From Polyangiaceae bacterium (GTDB taxonomy: Bacteria; Myxococcota_A; Polyangia; Polyangiales; Polyangiaceae), in the NCBI GenBank assembly GCA_033763455.1, contig JANRKO010000028.1, forward strand, positions 128,001 through 192,000: a stretch of 64,000 nt of DNA, written 5' to 3'. The translations under genes and the position numbers were made by a program. The notes beneath the pieces were generated by a model. That model saw only the letters and a program-made list of their open reading frames with translations, did no database searches and was not told where the DNA came from. Below are positions 56,855 to 64,000 of the stretch, piece by piece (position 1 is the first letter of the stretch; the number at the start of each line of letters is the position of its first letter).

Positions 56855-58021
56855 GTGGCCGGTGAAGCAGTGTTGACTCGTCGTTCTGTCATTGTGAAGG
56901 TGCCGCTTTCGGTTGGCCACGGGCGTGCCATCTTGGAGGGCGTCTCGGAATACGCGCGCAATCGCAAAGATTGGTGGATCACGGTGCTCAACGAAGAAGC
57001 TACCGTGGAAGTGGTGGCCAACGCCCAACCTTCAGGTGTGATCGCGTTCACCTTTACCCGTGAAATCGAAGATAGCCTTCGGGCGATTGGCGTACCTGTT
57101 GTCAGTGTCGCAAACACCGTGGAGCATTCCCTGTTGCCCGCGGTTTACTTCGATGATCATGAGGCCGGGCGCCTGGCAGCTGAGCATTTGATGACGTGTG
57201 GCCTGCGGCACTATGCATTCATGGGCGATCTGGATCCCATAAATGGGCGGCTTCGCTTGGAGGGGTTCCGCGCTGCGCTCGAGAGGGCGGGCCATTCTGT
57301 GGCAGTTCTTGAGTGCACGAACAATTTCAGTTGGATACCGTTCAACCCAGAGGACGTGATTCGCCAGCTTGTGGCCCTGCCCAAGCCCTGCGGCGTTTTC
57401 GCGCCTTGGGACCTCATTGCCTATCACGTGGCTCGCGTGTGCGAACACGCCAGCATCCGCGTGCCTGAGGAAATTGCCATCATTGGGGTCGACAACGATC
57501 CGTTGCTTTGCAACGTCTCACGGCCACCGCTCACCAGCGTCCGCATCCCTGCGTTTGAAATTGGGTTTCGTGCCGCCGAAATGCTCGACCATTTGATGAC
57601 CGGAGGTGCGGTGCCCGAGCAGCCCGTGATCTTGCCCCCCTTGCCTCCGGTAGTGCGCCAATCAACAGAGGTGATCGCCGTTCCCGACGAGAAGGTGGCC
57701 ATGGCGCTGCGCTATGTTCGCGAACACGCTCATGAATCCGTAGGCGTGACGCAGATGTGGGAAGCTCTAGCTGTTGATCGCAAGGAAATGGAAGCGCGCT
57801 TTCGTAAATTTCTCGGTCGCTCTGCTGGGCAGGAATTCACGCGTGTACGGGTCGAGCGTGCGAAGCAGCTCGCGCTTGATACCAACTACACTGCAGAAGA
57901 GTTAGCTCGCGCTTGTGGGTTTGCCACAGCTTCGTATCTTATTAGTGTTTTTCGGAAGCACGTGGGTGTCACGCCTCAGGCGTACCGCGAGACATTTCGT
58001 AGAGTGCCCGTAGCTAGCTAA
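56855..58021 (+). CDS. XylR-type regulator (LacI-like sugar-binding domain + AraC HTH)
   Basis: AGRLAAEHL, RVPEEIAIIGVDND, PPLTSV, VVRQST, LARACGF...F.K..GVTP..YR. Confidence 0.92.
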   Translation: MAGEAVLTRRSVIVKVPLSVGHGRAILEGVSEYARNRKDWWITVLNEEATVEVVANAQPSGVIAFTFTREIEDSLRAIGVPVVSVANTVEHSLLPAVYFDDHEAGRLAAEHLMTCGLRHYAFMGDLDPINGRLRLEGFRAALERAGHSVAVLECTNNFSWIPFNPEDVIRQLVALPKPCGVFAPWDLIAYHVARVCEHASIRVPEEIAIIGVDNDPLLCNVSRPPLTSVRIPAFEIGFRAAEMLDHLMTGGAVPEQPVILPPLPPVVRQSTEVIAVPDEKVAMALRYVREHAHESVGVTQMWEALAVDRKEMEARFRKFLGRSAGQEFTRVRVERAKQLALDTNYTAEELARACGFATASYLISVFRKHVGVTPQAYRETFRRVPVAS

Positions 58022-58201
58022 CCTCTAAGCTTGCCGCCTGTGCGCCGCCCAAGCGTGAGCGCGCCGCGCGTTGGTGAGGCGGGTGACGAGAGTATCTTTC
58101 TGATTCACTCCCGCATCTTTCGATTCTGCTCAGGGGGTTGTAGGAAATACTGAAGAAGTGGCAGTTTGACCGTGTCATCTTCGCGTGTAAGCCTTGGGGG
58201 A

Positions 58202-61200
58202 ATGGTTCACGCTCACACCGACATTCGTCGGCAACGCCTTATTAACTTTCGTCAGCAGCTAGCCCGGAGCGTGATCGAGGAATGGATCCCGCTTCACGCT
58301 GAGTGTGCCCTGGCCGATGGACCCATGGCGTTCGGTGAAAGGGAGACGCTGAAATACCGTCCTATCAAGGAGGGTGAATCTTGGGGTAGTGCTTGGCAGA
58401 GCGCATGGTTTCACCTGCAGGGCAAGGTGCCGGCGCATTGGGCTGGGAGTGAGGTAGTGGCACGCATTGACCTCAACGGTGAGATATTGGTGTTTGACGC
58501 CCAAGGTTGCCCGAAAATGGGGCTCACCAACGGGTCCGTGTTTGATGGCCACTACAACAAGGATATTCTGCGGCTCTACAGTCGCTGTGTGGGTGGCGAG
58601 TCGGTTTCTGTGTGGCTTGAGTCGGTCGCTAACGGACTCTTCGGGGTTCACCGTGAGGATCCGGAGCGCCTTGAAGACCAGGGGCATCTTCACGGAAAAC
58701 ACGATGGTCGCGCCGTGGCTCTGCGCCTGTGCCGTTTCAACCGCGAGATGTGGCATCTGTGGCTCGATGTGGATGTCCTGTTTTCTCTCTGGGAAGCACT
58801 CCCGAACGATAGTCGGCGCAAGCGCAAGGTGTTTCGAGCACTTAACCAAGCGGCGGATGTGTTCGTCGGTGAAGGGCGAGTGGAAGCAGCGCGGGGCGCG
58901 CTGGCTCCTCAGTTGGCAATCCCCGCAGATGCCTCCGCGCTCTGCTTAACTGCCGTGGGCCACGCGCACATCGATACAGCCTGGCTCTGGCAGGTGAAAG
59001 AGTCGGTCAGAAAGTGTGCGCGCACATTCTCAAGTCAGATAGATCTGATCGAGCGCTACCCGGGCTATGTGTTCGGCGCCTCCCAAGCACAGCACTATCA
59101 GTTCGTGAAAGACCACTACCCGCAGCTTTACACCAAGATCAAAGCTGCAGTTGCCGCTGGAAGTTGGGAGGTGCAAGGCGGCATGTGGGTGGAGGCAGAC
59201 GCTAACCTCATTTCCGGCGAATCTATGGTGCGCCAGTTTGTCATCGGCAAGAATTTCTTTCGGGCTGAGTTCGGGGTCGAAGTTAAGAATTTGTGGTTGC
59301 CGGATGTTTTTGGCTATTCGGGTAATTTGCCGCAGATCTTGGCAAAATCCGGCTGCCCTTACTTCCTCACGCAGAAGATGAGTTGGAGCCGCTACAATAA
59401 GTTCCCCCACAATACTTTCAATTGGCGTGGTATCGATGGCAGCGAGGTGTTGGCGCACTTCCCACCAGAGAACAACTACAACGCCAGCGTGATGCCATCT
59501 TCATTGCTCACCGCCGATCGTGAATACGCTGAAACGGCTATTTGTGACGAAGCTATCTCCCTGTTCGGCATCGGCAATGGCGGCGGCGGGCCAAAGGATG
59601 AATACTTGGAGCGCGCAAAGCGGGTAGCCAATCTGAACGGCCTTCCGAGCTATCAACTCGGAGCGGCTCAACCCGCACTCGAAAGGTTGAGCGCCCATAA
59701 AGCAGAATTGAGCACCTGGGTGGGCGAGCTTTACCTAGAAGCACATCGCGGCACCTTTACCACCCAAGCAAACATCAAGCGCCTCAATCGCCGCTTAGAA
59801 GAAGCCTTGCGTGCCACAGAAATGTTGTGCGCCACGGCTGGCTTGGCCAGCTACCCCTCCTGGGACTTGGATCAGAACTGGAAAGCGCTGCTCCTCAATC
59901 AATTCCACGACATCATTCCGGGCTCTTCAATCCACGCCGTGTATGAGGTCACCACGAAGGAGTTAGAAGGAGCCCTTTCTTCCTGTCAAGCGTTGGCCGC
60001 CAATGCGGTTGCGGCGCTCAGCACCAGCGATAGCGAAGCGCTCTCCGTGTTCAATCCGGCAAGCACGCCATATGTAGGCACCTTCCAGCTGCCTGCCGGG
60101 TTCGGCAGCGTTGCCCTTTCTGATGGCACTCCGCTGGTTTGTCAGGCCACAGCGAGCGGGTCTGTATGCCATATCATGGTGCCGGCGCAGGGCTTCCTTT
60201 CTTTGCGTAGGCTTTCGAATGCGCCGGTGGCTGCCAGCGTTGCTGGCAACGGTAGCTCGGCCAACGTGCAGGTGCTGGAGAACCAGTGGGTGCGCTACGA
60301 ATTTGACGGCAACCTTCGCTTGGTGCGCGCGTTTGATAAGGAGCTTAGTCGTGAGATCTTGGTGCCCAACGAGCGTGGCAATGAGCTTGCGCTCTACGAA
60401 GATAGGCCCCACGCGTTTGATGCTTGGGAGGTGGACGAATATTACGAGCAGCAGAAGGTCGACGTGGCCAAAGTGGTGCCGGGCAGCATTTCTCGGATTA
60501 CCGGCCCCGTACGCCAGGGGTTGGAGGCTCGGCTCACGGTGGGCCAGTCCACTCTTAAGCAGCGCGTTTGGCTCGGTGAGCACAGCCGCCGGGTGGACTT
60601 CGTAACAGAGGTAGATTGGGCGGAAAATCACAAAATGTTGCGCGTTTCTTTCCCTACCACGCTGCGCGCCAATGAAGCCAACTTCGAAATACAGTACGGC
60701 TTTGTGCCCCGCCCCACGCATCGCAATACCGCGTGGGATCACGCTCGCTTCGAAGTGGTTGGCCACCGTTACGCCGACCTTTCAGAAGGGGATTGGGGTG
60801 TGGCGCTTTTGAACGACTGCAAATACGGCTACAAGGTTCACGGCGGCGTTTTAGATCTCAATCTTCTGCGCGCCCCAACCGATCCAGATCCCATCGCTGA
60901 TCGCGGGCAGCACCGCTTCACCTACAGCCTCTTGCCGCACGTAGGTCAGCTCGCTGAAAGCGTTGTCTTCCAGGAGGCAGCGGTCTTGAATCAAGGCCTC
61001 CTGAGCTTTGCAGGTGTGCGCTGGAACGCCACAGCGCTCCCGGTAACGCTGCAGGGGGAAGGCGTCGAGCTTTCGGTCGCGAAGAAGGCTGAAAACGATG
61101 AGTGTTACGTCGTGCGCGTCGTGGAAACCCGCGGCTATCGAGCTCAAGCCGTGCTCCAAGCGGCCGATCCCCAGGCGCGGATTGTGCCCACCAACCTCAT

Positions 61201-61297
61201 CGAATGGGAAGATGTTGAAAGCGAAGCGAGTGTCGGAAAGAAGGCGCTTGTTCTCGGTCCATTCGAAATTCAGACGTTCAAGGTTTGGGCCAGGTAG
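58202..61297 (+). CDS. alpha-mannosidase, glycoside hydrolase family 38
   Basis: VGHAHIDTAWLW, GGMWVEAD, WLPDVFGYS, GNGGGGP, WVGELYLEAHRGT, NQFHDIIPGSSI, LLNDCKYG. Confidence 0.95.
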   Translation: MVHAHTDIRRQRLINFRQQLARSVIEEWIPLHAECALADGPMAFGERETLKYRPIKEGESWGSAWQSAWFHLQGKVPAHWAGSEVVARIDLNGEILVFDAQGCPKMGLTNGSVFDGHYNKDILRLYSRCVGGESVSVWLESVANGLFGVHREDPERLEDQGHLHGKHDGRAVALRLCRFNREMWHLWLDVDVLFSLWEALPNDSRRKRKVFRALNQAADVFVGEGRVEAARGALAPQLAIPADASALCLTAVGHAHIDTAWLWQVKESVRKCARTFSSQIDLIERYPGYVFGASQAQHYQFVKDHYPQLYTKIKAAVAAGSWEVQGGMWVEADANLISGESMVRQFVIGKNFFRAEFGVEVKNLWLPDVFGYSGNLPQILAKSGCPYFLTQKMSWSRYNKFPHNTFNWRGIDGSEVLAHFPPENNYNASVMPSSLLTADREYAETAICDEAISLFGIGNGGGGPKDEYLERAKRVANLNGLPSYQLGAAQPALERLSAHKAELSTWVGELYLEAHRGTFTTQANIKRLNRRLEEALRATEMLCATAGLASYPSWDLDQNWKALLLNQFHDIIPGSSIHAVYEVTTKELEGALSSCQALAANAVAALSTSDSEALSVFNPASTPYVGTFQLPAGFGSVALSDGTPLVCQATASGSVCHIMVPAQGFLSLRRLSNAPVAASVAGNGSSANVQVLENQWVRYEFDGNLRLVRAFDKELSREILVPNERGNELALYEDRPHAFDAWEVDEYYEQQKVDVAKVVPGSISRITGPVRQGLEARLTVGQSTLKQRVWLGEHSRRVDFVTEVDWAENHKMLRVSFPTTLRANEANFEIQYGFVPRPTHRNTAWDHARFEVVGHRYADLSEGDWGVALLNDCKYGYKVHGGVLDLNLLRAPTDPDPIADRGQHRFTYSLLPHVGQLAESVVFQEAAVLNQGLLSFAGVRWNATALPVTLQGEGVELSVAKKAENDECYVVRVVETRGYRAQAVLQAADPQARIVPTNLIEWEDVESEASVGKKALVLGPFEIQTFKVWAR

Positions 61298-61426
61298 TGG
61301 AGAGCCTCGGGTTTGGGGGCCGACTTTGGTGCACCACCTCATACGGAGCCGGCGCGGCTTCGTACGGCACCCGGGAATGCCAGAGAAACGCCTGAAGATC
61401 TGAATTCTGGGTTGGCGCCCTGTGAT

Positions 61427-61536
61427 ATGACCATTAATAGATGACTATGGTCGTGAAACGGGCTTACCAAATGGCCGCCGGAGAATTCAAGGCGACATGC
61501 CTCAAGGTTATGGACGATGTTGCCAAGCTCAGGCGT
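61427..61536 (+). pseudogene. Phd/YefM antitoxin N-terminal remnant with operator-like repeats
   Basis: MAAGEFKATCLKVMDDVAKLRR then loss of similarity; ATGACCAT/ATGACTAT/ATGGTCGT at 61427, 61441, 61447. Confidence 0.65.
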
Positions 61537-61612
61537 CGACACCCACGCATTGATTTGCTGGGTGATGGATCCCTCTCATCACCAAGGACGATCGGATCCA
61601 CGCTAGCAAGAC

Positions 61613-62431
61613 GTGTCGGGCCGTTTGGTGAGCTTGCAACCAAACGCCTCAGTGCACCCTCCTCTTGAGCAGCTTGGCTTTTGGGGCTCGCCCACGTCAA
61701 CGGTGGATTGGTGCGAGTCCAACTACGCCGTTTCTCGCTACATTGCTGAGTTCTTCAATACTACTTCAAGCTTGGTGATCCTGGCTGTCGCGCTCTTCGG
61801 AGGTCTTCTGCACTATCGAGGCGTAGAGCGGCGGTTCACGGCGGCCTTTGCGGCACTCGGCGTAGTGGGCGTGGGCAGCACGGCGTTTCACGCGACGCTC
61901 CGCTTCGAGCTGCAGCTGCTGGATGAGCTGCCAATGTTGTATACCGCGCTGATCTTAGTCTACGTTTTAGTGGAAAATCGCGCTTCGCGTCGCTTCGGCA
62001 AGTGGTTCTTGGCGCTCTTGCTCGCTCATGGCGTACTGGTCACAGTGCTCACCGCGTGGACTCGGAGCTCCATCCAGTTTTACCTCTTTCACGCGAGCTT
62101 CGGCTCGCTTGAGCTCTTCGCTCTAGTTTCTTGCATTCGAATCGGGCTGAGGCAAAGCTCGCAAGCGCTCCGTCGCGTTTTTCACATTGGCATAGGGTCG
62201 TACGTTTTGGGGATCGTGCTTTGGTTCATTGACCTAAAATACTGCAGCTTGGTGTCGTTTATGTTGCCAGGTTTGGGGCTCGTTAACCCGCAGCTTCATG
62301 CCGTGTGGCACGTCTTGGTTGCCTTGGGTTTTTACCATTTGCTGGTGCTGCTGATGTTCGATCGTTCGACAACGCTTGGCCAAAGTGCGCAGCTCCGGCG
62401 CCGCTTTTGGTTACCCGTTGTGGTGCATTGA
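61613..62431 (+). CDS. alkaline ceramidase-like CREST-family membrane hydrolase
   Basis: GFWGSPTSTVDWCESNY...AEFFNT, GSTAFHATL, QLLDELPM, QLHAVWH; ~7 TM segments. Confidence 0.88.
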   Translation: MSGRLVSLQPNASVHPPLEQLGFWGSPTSTVDWCESNYAVSRYIAEFFNTTSSLVILAVALFGGLLHYRGVERRFTAAFAALGVVGVGSTAFHATLRFELQLLDELPMLYTALILVYVLVENRASRRFGKWFLALLLAHGVLVTVLTAWTRSSIQFYLFHASFGSLELFALVSCIRIGLRQSSQALRRVFHIGIGSYVLGIVLWFIDLKYCSLVSFMLPGLGLVNPQLHAVWHVLVALGFYHLLVLLMFDRSTTLGQSAQLRRRFWLPVVVH

Positions 62432-62688
62432 GTAGCGCCCCCGGCTCCCTTGATGCCCTAAAATCGCTCGCTCCCCTGGAGTCCCGTGCACGTTGCCTCG
62501 GCTTTCACCGTGGGTTCGTGGCCTTCGCACAAGGGCAAACGCCGGATTCACGGGACCTTGCCAACCTGTTTGCGTACTTGCGCTCTCTTTGAGCGGAAGA
62601 TTGGGATTAGAACACCCATCCTCTCTCGGACGGAGGGCGCTGTTTACAGCCTAGCCCGCTTCAAACAGATCGAGAAATGCTCCCCAAG

Positions 62689-63161
62689 CTACAGCTTTGA
62701 CCCGGGGGCGAGAGCCGTGGAGCGGGTCGGCGATCGTGGCGGCCGATGCACCAAGTAGAGATCCAGCTCCGTGCCCTGCCTGCCTGCAGCTTGGTTCCAC
62801 GCGGACGCGAGCCTGTTCATGGGGGTCGCCATCTCAGGTTTCGGCGTGTGCGTGGCCTTCGCCTCAATCAGCCATGTTTTGCCTTTGTTGGGTACGACAA
62901 AATCGATCTCAAGGCCCTGTTGATCCCGAAAAAAATAGAGCTCGCGGCGATGCCCAGAATTGACCTGGCTCTTCACTATCTCGCAAGCAATGAACCCCTC
63001 GAACAGGCTCCCCACAAAAGGTGAACGCTCCTGGCCTTAGGAAACATTTTCCTGAGGAGGAAGGTCTTCCCCGAACGCCTTGGCCCCGTGAGCACCACTG
63101 CGGGGAAGTTCTTGAAGGCGGATTTCAACGCCGGAGACAGCTCACGTTCGACACTCCGCAT
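62689..63161 (-). pseudogene. AAA_14/DUF4143 ATPase with large internal deletion and frameshift
   Basis: N-terminus with TGPRRSGKT joined near 63030 in another frame to SPFVGSLFEG...LEIDFVV..LIEAK C-terminus. Confidence 0.85.
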
Positions 63162-63198
63162 TTGAGAAATCTAACATTAAAATGTTAGATTTTTCAAA
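63161..63198. promoter_or_regulatory. AT-rich inverted repeat abutting the start of the AAA/DUF4143 pseudogene
   Basis: TTTGAGAAATCTAACATT-AA-AATGTTAGATTTTTCAAA (17/18 arms). Confidence 0.75.
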
Positions 63199-63406
63199 CC
63201 TCGCTCGGGCCCTCGCCCCGGTGGGACGCGGTAAACCTTTGTAATTCTTCAGCCTGGCCCTATGCCCTGCTGGGCGACGGCGGCTTCCCAGCATGCTCGC
63301 AGCCGCCGTATTTCCTTCCGGCAGAACGATCGTTGACCGTCCCGTTACCTTGAGGCACCTAATCCTAGCAACTGGCCGCGCAACTGGCCGAGGGGGGAGG
63401 ACCATC

Positions 63407-64000
63407 ATGAGATTCTCAAGAAATCTGGCGTATAAGTTTCACGCTCTCCGCCTTCAGTGGGGACTCTGCGTCGTTGTTTCATGCCTGCTGGCTTGTGAAC
63501 CAGCTTTTCAAAACTGCGCAACAACCTACACGTGCCCCCCGCGTGCGGGGATTGGAGGTGCAAGTCAGCTGGGTGCAGCAGGCGCGGGTGGGCAGGCCGG
63601 AATGCTAGGGGGAGCGGGCGAAGCTCTGACAACTAACACTCCTGATGTTCGTGGTGGCGGCACGAGTAGCGGTGGCACGAGTAGCGGTGGAGTAAGCAGT
63701 GGTGGAGTAAGCAGTGGTGGAGAAAACAGCAGTCCGACCTGCCCCCGGTGCGTTGGACTGGAGACCTGTGGGGGAACTGGCATTCCAAACGTATGCGGAT
63801 TACCCAAGTACAAGGTAACCATCACGCGTAGCGCGGAACCAGGATCAGGGGCAGCTGGAATTGTAGCTGGGGGCGGCCTGTCGTGTGGCAGCACTTGCGA
63901 GGTTACCGTCGATGCGGGCACGACGCTTTCGTTGCTTGCCAGCCCTCAAGTGGGATTTTATTTCAGCTCTTGGGCAGGTGGCGGATGTGGTTCAGACCCG
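63407..64000 (+). CDS. surface lipoprotein with Gly/Ser repeats and InlB-B/Flg_new-like repeat; runs off the window and is absent from the ORF track
   Basis: GGAGG SD, MRFSRN...CLLAC lipobox, GGTSS/GGVSS repeats, SCGSTCEVTVDAGTTLSLLASPQVGFYFSSWAG. Confidence 0.82.
   Translation, partial: MRFSRNLAYKFHALRLQWGLCVVVSCLLACEPAFQNCATTYTCPPRAGIGGASQLGAAGAGGQAGMLGGAGEALTTNTPDVRGGGTSSGGTSSGGVSSGGVSSGGENSSPTCPRCVGLETCGGTGIPNVCGLPKYKVTITRSAEPGSGAAGIVAGGGLSCGSTCEVTVDAGTTLSLLASPQVGFYFSSWAGGGCGSDP

Noticed and set aside
62500..62592. DLANLFAYLRSL* resembling a cytochrome c C-terminal helix
   Set aside because: Too short, with no CxxCH or credible start; at most gene debris
63361..63369. AATCCTAGC as attR of a 17-kb island integrated at tRNA-Gln
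   Set aside because: A 9-bp match can occur by chance over this distance, and no integrase is present

Overview
A 64-kb bacterial chromosomal window of roughly 60% GC (by eye). The gene content suggests Myxococcota/Polyangia: Gly-rich-linker lipoproteins, DUF1592+DUF1552 pairs and a kinase-ATPase-TPR protein. It has three zones. (1) ~0.1-23.7 kb is a stress/envelope-type island: glycosyltransferase-glf-GH1, divergent GH2-aminotransferase, BON proteins, GlsB/YeaQ, hemerythrin, sorbosone-dehydrogenase-like lipoprotein, small lipoproteins, acnA, an unannotated 50-aa lmo0937-like protein and two hybrid histidine kinases. Most transcription units here have a sigma54 -24/-12 promoter (12 found by eye), and a shared palindromic motif (TGNGGCA-N3-TGCCNCA) sits ~95-110 bp upstream of several. 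This looks like a coherent enhancer-driven regulon whose activator is not in the window. (2) ~23.7-46.1 kb is mostly core genes: uvrD/pcrA, grpE-dnaK plus a pseudokinase-ATPase-TPR gene, dnaA without dnaN, ccmE(CxxxY)-hemE-hemY and tRNA-Gln(TTG). (3) Downstream of the tRNA is an accessory patchwork with gene debris: a truncated ACP, a Phd antitoxin stub, an internally deleted AAA/DUF4143 gene, an intact AAA/DUF4143 gene, a second DUF1592/DUF1552 pair, a XylR-like regulator with a GH38 mannosidase, and an ACER3-like alkaline ceramidase. No CRISPR array, rRNA, integrase or transposase was seen. All calls come from reading motifs by eye; no database searches were run.
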